DNA of 64,000 bases from Raillietiella orientalis. Its lineage: Eukaryota. Shown one piece after another: positions 1 through 11,752 of this stretch. The position numbers and the translations under genes were made by a program. The notes beneath the pieces are model-generated. The model did not search any database, was not told the DNA's origin, and saw only the letters and a program-made list of their open reading frames with translations. Positions within the stretch are counted from its first letter, which is position 1. The number at the start of each line of letters is the position of its first letter. The DNA lies in NCBI GenBank assembly GCA_036172245.1, contig JAYWIR010000004.1, forward strand, positions 3,968,001 to 4,032,000, given 5' to 3'.

Positions 1-26
1 GCTCCCGCCCCAAGAAGCGAAATTAC

Positions 27-3000
27 CAGCAAAATGAGCGAAAAATCTCTTGGGAGCTCCTTTTTGTTGTATTTCGCTATCTGCTGGATGACGATCTCGG
101 CTTCTCGAAGTTTACCCTCGTTTATCAACCACCTAGGAGATTCGGGAATGATCCAGTAGTAGCTGCAATTCACTCCGATCGTAACACTCCCAGCTTCGAC
201 CTACGCTGCAACTCACCCTAGAAGAACGAAAAAGGGGGTGGAAGTCCAGAAAATCAAACGTGACCAGTCGTTCACGAAGTAAGCTATTAGAGGCAGGATG
301 CACAGGGAGGTGGCGAACACCATGCATATCATCATGGAGGGATAAGCCCGTTTCTTAGGTCCCATGAACTCCAAGACTGAGCCCCGTCTTTCCATCAGTT
401 GGTGCGAAAGCGGAAACTCACCGAGGATGAAGGGTATCTGAAAGACTGCTGGGAACGTCAGCCCCCCGATGAATCGTAGAACGGTGTACACGTCGTAATC
501 CGGGCTGAAGGACGTGCATGTCGCTACAGAGTATTGCAAGATCATGGTCAACAAGAACGACCGCTTTCTACCCCATCTGCAAGACCGAATCGTTAGTCGC
601 TGCCGAAGACACGTACAACTGACACCGATCGGAAATCCATCCGAAAAGAATGTTCCCCATCAGGCTGCCGACGAAGAACGCGATGGTAGCTGCGAGAGGC
701 CGCCATGCGTCATCGCACACCAAATCCATCTGAAAAAGTGCACACATACAAAGTGCTTGCTTTCAGGACCTGCGCGCATTCGGAAACGTAGTGCGTGAAC
801 ACGCAGAGTGCCACTGGCTCTGGATCACGACTTCACGACTGTCCCGCGTGACGTAGGTGCAGAGACCGACACGCCTTCGGAATTGGTTCGGGAAGGTGGA
901 GGTCATGTCGCGACAACCATCTGCCGCTCCTTCCATGTCTGATTGCGAAAGTTCGATCTTCGTCTGCGGCGACAGTCAAGGGAACTTCTGCTCCCTCCAG
1001 CAAGAAGTGCGCGTTTTGCTTCCGTCGAGCGCGAGCGGAACCTGAGCGGCGTCCCAGGAAGCATGACTCATCCGCGCTTCCTTGACGACTGAGACGTCGT
1101 CAAGGAAGCGCGGCTGCGTCTCGCCTTGTCAGCCGTCTTTCTGTTGAATGCTCTGCAGAGTGCTGCCAAACACCACCTCATCACAACGGATCGAGCGACT
1201 GCCGTCCTGTCTTTCATTGTGGAGTGGTGTCCGCGGCGAATCCGTGCCTCTGGGAGACTTTGCCCCTGTTACTTTGTCTTGCCCGGCCACTCAGGCTTGC
1301 TTCCTTCTTTCCTTGGAGGAGATCGTCGCAGCCGGAATGATAAGCGGAAACACAGTTCTTCCAAGGGACGAGCTTTGCACCGGCCGCGCCTCCCGGCCCT
1401 ATAAGCGGTCCGGCCTTCGCCTCCTTCTTGCCATGTGAGCTTTCGTTTGCTCCAGGGGGTTCGTCTGGATTGCGCTCTGTTGCTTTCGTGTTTCCTCGTT
1501 CCTGCCTTCTTGAAGTGGCCGCACACTCGATGCGCTCTCGTCGATAGTTCCCTTTTCTGGGGTTTCGCTCACATGGAGGCACCCACGCACAAATTCTCTC
1601 ATAAGGCGATTCTTTGTGCATGCAACCGCTTCATTTTCAGGGCCGTGGTGTTCGTAGAGAGGGAGAGAACCTTGCGTCCCCTTTCCGCATCGTGTTCAAC
1701 TCGACTCGAGTCCCCTTCGCACGGGTGAGTTGAGCAAGTAAAGCACAGTTTCTGACTCTTCCCTCCTTGTCCGCTTCGAAAACCAGAAGCTCCTGTTAAT
1801 CCTACTGTCCTTGAGCAACACTTTGCCACCGGATGATCTGGGAACGCGCCCCACGCCGGCGATGACTCTCTCCCATCTCGGAAAAGAATTTGCAGGAAAA
1901 CGCTTCGCTCTTTCTGAGGCTTTTGTTTCATATGTCCTTGTAGATGTGGAGACTGCTGTCTTAGAAGACGGCAAGCGAATGCTTCAGGCACCGCGAGGCA
2001 AGGGTGCTGATTTGCCGACTTGGGCGAGCATCCGGGCGCTGAGTGGCGGAAGAAACACACAGTCTCAAGATGCAAGACCATTCGAGAGAAGACTCAGGAG
2101 AGTCCCCCTTTTGCTGACCCCTCGCAGACTCTCAGCAGCTGGAATGCTGGCCCTGCAGCATTTCTTCAGAACGGAACGCGCCACCGGAAACTTCGAATCG
2201 GCGATTCAAAACAAAATTTTCGCGTTCTACAAACCGGTCTACTATTCTAAAGCAAGGGAAGACTTCAGAGTGCAGATTCCCCGCACAGCGTCCATTTTCT
2301 GTCTGCATCGAGCCGGGTTCTTTTGAAAGAGCTGAGCTTTTTGCGCATGTAGCTTGACATTGAGTGGTGGCCATGTTCACATTGCGCTTGAACAAGTGGA
2401 TCGGAAAAGGTCGCATTCCGTGCTGGTCACCAGCTTTCGTTTCAGGAGGAAGACGCGCAGTAAACTTTCTTTTTTCTTTCTCTCAAAATCCCCTCATTCT
2501 TCTTGCGGGATCACTCATTTGCGAAGACCCAAGAAGATCCAGCACTCATCAGTGAGCTGGCTGCTCATCACATGCGATCGATTTCGATGTGTGATGCGTG
2601 CGCGAGCGTGCTCGTTGCGCGCGTTTCGGTATCTGAGCTTTTCCGAGGCTCCGCGTTTGACTTCCTCAAGAAACCATGGTCTCTGTCGAAGCCTAAATTT
2701 CCTCAAGACGTGGCCTCCTTCAGCATGACCTGGTGTAACGGCAGATATGCATCGAAGCAGGAGCGGTTGCTTTCCGCAAAAAAAAACCTTTCCGCAAGCG
2801 GAAGCAATCGCGGTGGATCCAGAAGTTTCCGCGCTCCTCCCTCCAATCTGCGCGAAATTAGCCACCGATTCCTCAAGTCTTTCCGGTTAAATTGTCTAGT
2901 ATATCTGGTCTTCGATGAACACCGAGGTATCGGAAGCCTCAGAGGATTAAAAAAAAAATTCCTGTCAGCCAGCAGACAATAAAAGCTGCAAAAACATAGA

Positions 3001-3887
3001 GCAAAGTTCACCGAACGAGGTTCAGCACACTTGCTAGCTCATCCCAACCGATAGACTTTGTTGCTCTCGATAGATGTCCACGTGGACGCTTCAGTCTCGA
3101 ACGGCGACTCAAGGCATTCGATGCGGAAGCGGGTCCATTTCGCGTTTTACTCTCTTCGAAAAAGAGCCGGAAGTCGGGCTTTTCGAGCACAAAAGCATTG
3201 CCGCGGGATTCATGCATATTGGGGAACTCTTCCTTCTTTGTCTCTGAAGTAACGGACGCATTGGGGACAATGCAACACGACAGTGTCACTGCTACTGTTC
3301 ACGAGGCAATCACTTTCTGAGCGGGAAACTGCAGAACATGCAGAAAGTAAGATTCTTTGTTGCCGAAAGGCAAGATTCGTGCAGATGCGTCTGATCGTTC
3401 GAAAACGCAAGTACAGTGAAGAAGCTGCACAACTGACGTAAGCGGCGAAGACGCCATGATGAAAAAAAGGAGCGAGCAAGTTTAAGTTGTTGCTTACCTG
3501 TGTCACGAGAGTCCTTTTATAGGAACTGTCGTCGTACTCCCAGCCATAGAGGCACTTTGCTACTGGCCATGATTCGTTTGCACTGTCTGGCCAGGTATTG
3601 TTGTTGTTTATGTATTCTTCTGTAAAATTGATGTTGAACATTTGGCAGCTGTCGTAGCTGTCGTGATTCTTTTTTGGAATGCCAATACGTTTTCTATTTT
3701 GTGGACTGAGATGAGACAGTTCTGGTATCTGGCACCAGTGATCTGGGGTAGCCGAAACGAATATTTGGGAGAACGCCATCCAAGCGGCGGGAAATGTAGC
3801 AGGAATGCACAAAAGGTAAAACAGCACTTGTTGATATATGCCACATTCTCCTATTACTTCCAATATACTATCAAAATCGACTGCCAT
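27..3887 (-). CDS. SLC22/organic cation transporter family protein, 5' exons (gene continues beyond window start)
   Basis: Exons 3887-3498, 729-626, 576-422, 376-217 and 162-27 splice in frame through GT-AG introns. Protein: MAVDFDSILEVIGECGIYQ...PDHWC...C..GWEYD....TLVTQ/MDLVCD...GNILFGWISDR/WGRK...LEFMGP..R...IPESPRWL, all hallmark SLC22 motifs. Confidence 0.93.
840..1724 (+). repeat. Left arm of ~885 bp near-perfect inverted repeat (partner 4796-5684)
   Basis: Reverse complement of 4796-5684. The ORF track shows identical peptides on opposite strands. By eye there is one internal mismatch (898), with ragged similarity at both ends. Confidence 0.97.
1072..1113. repeat. Perfect 18-bp stem palindrome, 6-nt loop (copy at 5407-5448)
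   Basis: CCGCGCTTCCTTGACGAC-tgagac-GTCGTCAAGGAAGCGCGG. Confidence 0.95.
1140..2950 (+). mobile_element. Decayed Tx1/L1-like non-LTR retrotransposon ORF2 pieces inside SLC22 intron 1
   Basis: APE-like RVLPN....R...PLGDFAP, linker-like IQNKIFAFYKPVY and RT-start-like HIALEQVDRKRSH; many frameshifts. Confidence 0.45.
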
Positions 3888-4299
3888 GCGTGTTACCTTA
3901 CTAACTCATTGGCGGCAAGGCTAAGAAAAAAAGTGGCAACCTGAGGGAGAAAGCTGCTCTTGTTTCAGCACTACAAATGTTGCTACTGTGTTGAAGGTAG
4001 TCGTGAAGAGCGTGTGAAGAGCCGTGATTGCAATGTTGAACACCCGAAGCAACTCCGACTTATCGTCACTGATGAATGCGTGATCACTGTCTAGACAGTG
4101 CTTATCCTGAGAGAAACTAAACTCAGTAAAAGGAATCGTAGCTGAATAGGAACAGAATGCTCGCATAAGAACAACTGAATAGCAACTAGTGAGGAAGCAA
4201 TGAAGGTGCTTCATTTCATGTAAAAAAAAAAGAACGCTTTTAAGAAACCTCACGCGGCTTTATCAACACAAAGGGAAATCATGCGCGCTTCCTTATCAA

Positions 4300-5684
4300 A
4301 CTTCCTCATCAAAATATGGCTGCATTGCCACGCCCTGAAGCAACTGAACATCACAAAAAAAAAAGGGCTTTCCAAGAGCGTCAGTTTCCTCACAGAGGAG
4401 AGTTTCGAGGCGGACAAAGGAAAGAGTCAGAGACTGTTTCACTTCGTCTCTTCGCTTGAAGGCTGGCGAAGGAATGCAGGTTGCATGCCTCGTTAGAAGG
4501 ATCGCAGCATCTGCACGCTCCCCGTGGAAGAAGACGCAGGTGGGAGCGAACCAGAGAACAGAAGTATCGATAGGAGTGTCGGTCAGTCAGCAGCCCTTGC
4601 ACGCGATACACAAGGGTTGTGCGTTCGTGCTCCCGGATACAAAGCAAAGCTAACCGGGAATAAAATGCGGAAAAGAACGTGACTCAGGGACGCCAAAAGA
4701 AACGCAGACGGGATGAGCAAAGATGGGATTGGAACTTCGCGGCTTCTTCCTCTACGTCTGCAGCGCAACCATCTCTGGAGGAACGCTTAACCAATCCGTG
4801 CGAAGAAGACTCGAGTCGAGTTGAACACGATGCGGAAAGGGGACGCAAGGTTCTCTCCCTCTCTACGAACACCACGGCCCTGAAAATGAAGCGGTTGCAT
4901 GCACAAAGAATCGCCTTATGAGAGAATTTGTGCGTGGGTGCCTCCATGTGAGCGAAACCCCAGAAAAGGGAACTATCGACGAGAGCGCATCGAGTGTGCG
5001 GCCACTTCAAGAAGGCAGGAACGAGGAAACACGAAAGCAACAGAGCGCAATCCAGACGAACCCCCTGGAGCAAACGAAAGCTCACATGGCAAGAAGGAGG
5101 CGAAGGCCGGACCGCTTATAGGGCCGGGAGGCGCGGCCGGTGCAAAGCTCGTCCCTTGGAAGAACTGTGTTTCCGCTTATCATTCCGGCTGCGACGATCT
5201 CCTCCAAGGAAAGAAGGAAGCAAGCCTGAGTGGCCGGGCAAGACAAAGTAACAGGGGCAAAGTCTCCCAGAGGCACGGATTCGCCGCGGACACCACTCCA
5301 CAATGAAAGACAGGACGGCAGTCGCTCGATCCGTTGTGATGAGGTGGTGTTTGGCAGCACTCTGCAGAGCATTCAACAGAAAGACGGCTGACAAGGCGAG
5401 ACGCAGCCGCGCTTCCTTGACGACGTCTCAGTCGTCAAGGAAGCGCGGATGAGTCATGCTTCCTGGGACGCCGCTCAGGTTCCGCTCGCGCTCGACGGAA
5501 GCAAAACGCGCACTTCTTGCTGGAGGGAGCAGAAGTTCCCTTGACTGTCGCCGCAGACGAAGATCGAACTTTCGCAATCAGACATGGAAGGAGCGGCAGA
5601 TGGTTGTCGCGACATGACCTCTACCTTCCCGAACCAATTCCGAAGGCGTGTCGGTCTCTGCACCACCTCGCATCACGCGGGACA
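4300..5684 (-). mobile_element. Decayed Tx1/L1-like ORF2 relic (APE, linker, RT start) containing the right repeat arm
   Basis: After the APE-like motifs the frame continues FIFRAVVFVERERT...DG..DVEEEAAKFQSHL, resembling the ORF2 linker, in colinear order. Confidence 0.4.
4796..5684 (-). repeat. Right arm of ~885 bp inverted repeat
   Basis: Reverse complement of 840-1724. Confidence 0.97.
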
Positions 5685-6379
5685 AAACACGCTGAACATG
5701 ACATCGGCCCGACAAGCCTCTGGAAAGGCAGCGGTGGATCGGATGAACCCCTGAGGAATCCGAACGCTCCATTCACTCAACCGCAGTATGGCGACGAGGG
5801 GCACTTGCGGATGCACGGAGACCCGATGCCGCCTTCCCGATGCCCTACAGCGTCACGCCGTAGAGGAGCCCTTCTCACGGCCCACATCATCGCTCTGAGG
5901 GAAGGCAAACACCGACGGAGAGCATCCCACGTCTCCCGTTGATCATGCAGCACTCACGTCCCAAGAAGTGGCAAACGTCTGAAACGAGACGCGAACCCTT
6001 GTGCCGGAACTGGTGGCAACACACACGTGGCAGGGAAGCCCGTAGGTCCGGATGCACAGCAATCCGCTTCCTCTTGAGCAGTTGCACGGAAAGGAAAAGA
6101 AAAAAAAAATACTGCGGGACTGGAAGCACTCCGACATCCTCGTCCGTTTGCGGTCCTTTCTCCGCAGGCGGCTGAAGTAGCAGCATGGATCCCGATGTCT
6201 GGTGCTCGCGAGGCAGAACGCTAAGAAGGATGAGAGCCTGGAAAGAAAGGGCGAGAAGCCCCTGCATGGGCCGCTCGCTTGGCGTGGCGATGCTGCTGTG
6301 GCAGCGGAGACCAACTTCCCCCCGTCCTTCCCCCCAGATACGGCGAAGATGAGACCAGCTTGATTTTGTGGGTCCCGTA

Positions 6380-6900
6380 TCTTTCTGAGTTGGTGGGTCG
6401 TTTCGCAGTGTCTTCTTGCTGCCAGGACTACACACGCAAGCGGCGCAGAGCTAGAATCGCTGGCGACACTCCGCCGCGGCTAGAGACGCCTCTCGGCGCG
6501 TATCTGGCGTTATCTCCCGGCGAGTTCGGGGCTGCAACTAAACGTTTGCCAGTACCCCGGAAGGCACCGCACCGGAGCGGCAGGTGAGGGAAGGCTTCGC
6601 CGGTACCGCACAATCCAGGATCCGCATCTCCCGGTCCCGTGGTGGAGGCGTGCGTTGCGCGGGGTGGTCTAGTGCAGCAGCAGTCGCAACGCCGAGCCCT
6701 GCCACTTGGGGGTCAGGAAGGAGCTGCCCCAAAGCACCGAGGAGGCATCCACTCCATCCAGGGCGGTTTGGAGGAGGAAATCCGCTCAGCGGAGAAGTCC
6801 TCCGGGTCGGGCAGTGGGAGTGGACCTTCCTCCTTCCTGTGATTCCACAGGACTCCCGTCAATTTGCCGCGTGCTTGTCGGTGCCTTGACTGTCGCGTAG
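6380..6900 (+). mobile_element. Decayed non-LTR RT N-terminal fragment
   Basis: LSPGEFGAATKRLPVPRKAPHRSG resembles the E...A...l...KaPGpDG motif; a degenerate WRPI-like region follows. Confidence 0.35.
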
Positions 6901-7229
6901 GGACGTGTCCCTACGCGTGCGCGGCAGCAAGTGGCGTCGTTTGGGTCCGCTTTTTTTTTCCTGGGGCCTCCCACGATCTCTTGCAACGAGGGCAGCGCGC
7001 GCCGTCGACGGAGCTCCGCGGACGTCGCGCTTCCTGTGAGCTCACGCCGTCTCCCCACGTACGCACGGCTGCCTGCTTCCAGGCACCTCAGTTGCTGAGC
7101 GAACTGGACGTGTGTTGCTGCGGTATCACCCGGTGATCGAGGAGCGTCGAGGTAATCTTGGGTGACTGCAGATCGGGGAGGACGCAAGTCCTTCCGAATC
7201 GATTGCTCGCTCGACGAGGATGCTCGCTG

Positions 7230-7700
7230 GCGCTCACCCATGAGTTGTCCAGCATGTCTTCCCCTCTAGTGCCAGTCTTCTAAACCGCAACTTGCGTGGC
7301 ATCCTGTCCAGCATCAAAAGGCCAGGACCTCCATCCCGACGCGGAGCTCGCGAGTCCTTCGAGAAGACCTCCGCGTTTCCCAGAGGGCTTTTTGCAGTCA
7401 CGGTCTGGTTTTTTGCATCGAACGATGGGAGGCAGACGAAAAGCAGCAGAAGAGGGGAGCAAGGGGCCACGAAGGTGTCCCATGCAAGAGCCCGCTCCGG
7501 CAAGGGGAACTCGTCGCCACTTTGGAACCTGACGAACTCGGACTGTGCCTTCGGTAGGCGGCTGGACCACGCCTCCGCCGGGAAGAAATCTCCCAACGGT
7601 ACACCGAGGTGCTGAAAGTCCGGGAGCACGCGATTCCGGAAGTGGATTGAAAGCTTCACGGCGCGCGGCCCGCGCCACCCCAACTGGTCAGACGGACGAC
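7230..7700 (-). mobile_element. Decayed non-LTR RT core fragment
   Basis: EAFNP (KAFD-like), LGVP..F and PCSPLLLL (QG.PLSPLLF-like) occur in RT order. Confidence 0.4.
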
Positions 7701-8849
7701 TTGGTCCGGTTCGTGTACGAGTCAGCGCCCCTAGGGATCCACTCGAGCAACTGTTCGAGAGCCGCCAGCTGGGCCGAGGCGAAGGAATAAAGTGTTGAAG
7801 GAGAGGATAGTGAGCACAAGCCGAAACGGCGTAGTCTGGGGCACGAGAGTGAAGGGGTCCTCCAGCGTGCCCTCAGGACGAGCTCGAAGCACGTGCTAGA
7901 GATAGCGCAATGTCTTCCACTCATCTCCAGCACGACAAAGACGTACTGACACGAACGGGCGTGTGGCGCCGTTTTGCAACGGCCAGCCGGACGGAGCACA
8001 CATCGCCCCGGAAGATTGCTGGGAATCGTTGCGTTGCGAAAGTCGGAGAGGAGCTGCTGGTCGGCGCGCAGTCGGATGCCTGAAGCATGGGGGCCGGCGT
8101 TTCCGCACGCAAGCGGCGTCCCGTTGCCTGGGCATCTGGAAACCAGGAGTTGTGCTGCTGATTGGCGCATCGCACCCTCGCGAACGCAGCCACGAGCTGG
8201 CCGGAAACAGGGTTCACTGCCACGCTCCTTCGTCCGGAAACAGCTCACGTCGGCTCCACACTACCGAACGGGTTTCGGTCGACCACTCCAGGCGTTCTCT
8301 CTCCAGGCTCTGCGAGCGGCTCGGAGTCCTCTTTCGATGGTGCGGCGATTGTTGTGTTGGCACAGGTGTCCTGCCTTCGAGAGGAGACGCTCTCTCGCTG
8401 ACCGGAAGGAAGAAGCGGACACTTCGCGTCTCTCCCGAATCAGAATGAGCAGCTGACGCGCCAGCGGGACCGCGCTGCCGCAAAGCATTGGTGAAACTGA
8501 CTGATTGCCGGCAGGCCGTCTTCTCCTGACGCATCCCTGTGCCTGAGCTTCCAGACGGAAGAGGTGATTGCTTTCTCGGCAAACGGCTGGCTCAGGATGC
8601 TTTCTTCATGCCTGCTTCCCGATCGCGGGGACGCCTTCAGGCAGCAAACGCCGCTCGAACTCTCCTGCCGGAGGTGCCTTGGAGTGCCGGTGGGAGGAGC
8701 AGAACCTCCGCTTTGTCGGGTGGACGAGCATTCCCGTCCTGGTCGTCTGGCAAGCAGGTGAGAGCGCCTCTACGGCTTTGGCGCTCTGACCCAGCCTACC
8801 GAGACGACATGTACCCGGCTTTCTCCAGAAACGGCCAGCATGAGAGAAA

Positions 8850-10100
8850 GCACTCTGGTTTTCCAGCCTTGACCCGAGGCGGCGGCGCGCCATCGCTCCG
8901 AGGGATAAGGTAAGACTTGCGCCCTGCTCGTTTGGTCACCTGGATCTCCTGCCTCACTGCGAACTGCACCGCCTGGCTTCAGGAACCCGTTTTAACATAG
9001 GGGAAGAAGACCCACGGCTCGAGCGAGGCGGAGTGCGCCTGCATGCAGAACAGCAGATGCGCCGTCAATCGTTGAAGGAGATCCTGCGTAACACAAGGAA
9101 TCTGCTTTGGGCGTCGTTCACCTTCGTTGCCCCAGTGCTGCCCTCCCTGCGGGTAACAAGGGACAGCGACCTTCCAGCGAGGTGGAAAGTGATGTGCACG
9201 ATTGCAAATAGAAGGAAACATTTGGGTTCGTAGAAGATTCGGCAGCTCGAGGGTCCTGCAAACCCGAGTGTGCCTCCGAAAGGAGTTGGTGCGAGCTGCT
9301 CCGGATTCCTCCGGAGGAGATGAAGTGACGACCAACGTGTTCGAAAGGTGCCTACCTGGCCCCAAGTGGCAAGAAATGGCGTTGCTAGTGTTGCATTGGG
9401 GAATCCCATGCAAAGCACTCCTCCATCAATGGACAAGGGGGAACGCGCCCATTGAGCAAAGTGGGGACTGCGAAATCTGTGGGCATCCAAGCGGTGGACT
9501 CGTACGACCCGGTTGAATACGGGAAGAGTTTTTGGAAGAAAAGAGTGGAAGAGCAACTGCAGGTCCTTGTCGACGCCCATTGAGCAAAGTGCGGCGAGAA
9601 GGAGACCTTCCCGCACTTATCGGTAGACTGCTCTGCCCGTCGACCCCTTCGGAATCGTCTTTCGACGAGCCTAGGAACTCCGGGGGGAGAAGCCCGAGGC
9701 AGTCTCCTCATGCGTATACCGATCTGCCGCCAGCCGCGTCCTCAGCAGTTTTCTTCTGTGTCCGTGGAATCGCGGCATGCTGGAACGCGGCAGGAAGAGG
9801 CCAAAATGGCAGGGATGCCATCCACTGGGCGCGGATCTTTTCGAAGGCCGCCTCAGCATGGCCCCACCTGGAAAACGTCAAAACAGCACATGTTGGCATC
9901 CTGCACAGGATGCAGAGGACGTCTCCAGCCGAAGAGTGATCCCTTCCTTGCCCTCTCCAGGAACCCCACCTTTTTTTTCCTCTCTCTTTTTGCGTATGTG
10001 TGTGTGTGGGTTTCTCTCGGTCCACTGGGGCGGACCTCACCGGTCTGCGTACCGGTTTCTGGCAAGCCCTTCGCGCGTGGTAGAACCCACGATTCTGTTG
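8850..10100 (+). mobile_element. Tx1/L1-like LINE 3' portion (ORF2 C-terminus with zf-RVT-like motif, plus 3' UTR)
   Basis: AKCGEKETFPHLSVDC is restored once the 9464-9591 insert is removed. Peptide and nucleotide similarity to the copies at 51.4-53.4 kb and 56.3-57.5 kb (WISC...AWLQ, RGI.A.W..A.RGQ.GRDAIH, TGATCCCTTCC followed by a T-rich tail). Confidence 0.65.
9461..9559 (+). pseudogene. Diverged ~100 bp copy of mRpL11 exon 3, flanked by 18-bp direct repeats
   Basis: Matches 11600-11704. CGCCCATTGAGCAAAGTG occurs at 9446-9463 and 9574-9591. Confidence 0.9.
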
Positions 10101-11071
10101 ATGTTACGATTCGGATTCTAATTTTTTTACAAGAAATGCCTTCCCCAGCAGGTGCGGATGACCAAGCTGGTTGGTGACCAGCTCGGAGTGCGAGCTGAGC
10201 GGATGCGCAGCCTGCTGCTGCTGCCTCGAGTGCCCATCGGAGGCAGAGTCTCAGGAGCGACGGTTCGAAAGCAACAGCGGGCCGCTGAGGAAGACGCGAG
10301 CGATCTGGGATGCGTAAGCGTGGAGGAGCAGCATTCCGGGGGAGCGGGTGGACGGATACCGGTCGCTCTCCTCAAGACGAGGGTGGTCGGTCGCGTGCGC
10401 AGCGCGGGGATGGAAACGCAAAAGCACGGGGACGGGAGCGGCGCTGCAGGTGCATGCGCGCCTGGGTGAGGAGTGCGCGACAGGAACGAGCAGAGGCAGG
10501 TCGGTGAGCAGGAGAGTGTTCTGCGGCAGCGCGCTGGCGTCGGCTGTGTTTCGAGCGGAGTTTGTCGCGGGGCGGCGCGCACGTGGTCCGCTGCTCGGCA
10601 ACGCGGCCGCCTCCCGGGCTGCAGGCGCACGTGCGGGGTGCGTGCGCATGCGCGAGAGCGAGTCGCCGCCGTTGGCTGCGTTTCTGCGAGAGTCGGTGGT
10701 GGGCGCCGGTTGGCGCGCTGCGCGCATGGTGGTGGTTGTGGAGCGGTTGGGGTGGTGGTGGGTTTGTATGGTTAGGGTGGGCTGCCCACGCTGCCGCCCC
10801 CCACGCGTGGACGTTGCTGGACCGTGGTTGCGCGAAAGCGATGCGCTGGTGTCGCGTTGTGTTGGAGGTGCGTGCGTGTTTTGGTTGGGCAGGAGGCAGG
10901 CGAATGGCCGGTTGCGGTGAGCAGGGGTTTCCCCTGGTGGGGAGTCGGCCGAGGTGCGTGGGGTGGGTGGTTGGTTCCGGTTGCGATGGTTCGTGCGATC
11001 GAAAGTGCGTTTTTTTTGCAGAAGGTGCGTGCTGGGAAGAGAAAAATCGGAAGAAGCGTGTGCGTTTGGCG

Positions 11072-11752
11072 ATGGCAAGCAAATTGGCTATGCGCTTGAA
11101 AAGCGCGAAGAGAAATAAGCCGAAAATAAACGTGGGGAATACGTTGGAGGCGTTAATTCCTGCGCAAATGGCTTCCCCCGGCCCCCCTCTGGGACCCATG
11201 TTGGGGCAGGTAGGGAAGAGAACGGGAGAAGCGGACGTCGTATCTTTCAGCGTGGCGTGAACATTGCGCAATTTTGCAAAGATTTTAACGAGAAGACGGA
11301 AAAGGTGAAGGCCGGAGTTCCGGTTCCCACGTTCATCACGATCAATCCCGATCGGAGTTTCAAGATGTCCTTCACCTCCCCTCCGTCGATGTATTTGCTG
11401 ATGCAGGCGGCCGGGGTGAACCGAGGAAGAATGGGGAATGGTATGGCGTAGGTGAGGAGGCGCGCTAATCGCTTGGTTGTCGTCGAATTCAGAAACGGTT
11501 GGGAAAGTGACGAGAAAGCACATCTACGAGATTGCGAAAATCAAGTCGCAGGACTACTTCCTGGAAATGAAAAGTTTAGAGGAGATTTGCAGGCTGCTCG
11601 TGGGGACTGCGAAATCCGTGGGCATCGAAGTGGTGGACTCGTACGACCCGGTGGAATACGGGAAGTTCATGGAAGAGAATAAGAAAAGAGTGGAAGAGCA
11701 ACTGGCGGCGCTTCGTGAGAAGAAGGAATCGAAAGTGCGCAGAAGCGTATAA
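11072..11752 (+). CDS. mRpL11: Mitochondrial ribosomal protein L11 (uL11m)
   Basis: Exons 11072-11209, 11251-11440 and 11493-11752 (introns 41 and 52 nt). Motifs: [34 protein letters not shown]...[16 protein letters not shown]...[11 protein letters not shown]. Confidence 0.96.

Noticed and set aside
840..5684. DNA transposon with long TIRs carrying a captured gene
   Set aside because: No transposase or TSD seen, the arms are LINE-derived, and the enclosed exon splices correctly to exons outside the repeat.
10251..11523. Long ORFs (275 and 383 aa, minus; 232 aa, plus) around the mRpL11 start
   Set aside because: Products of GC-rich, skewed sequence and antisense shadows. Only the part from 11072 is recognisable protein.
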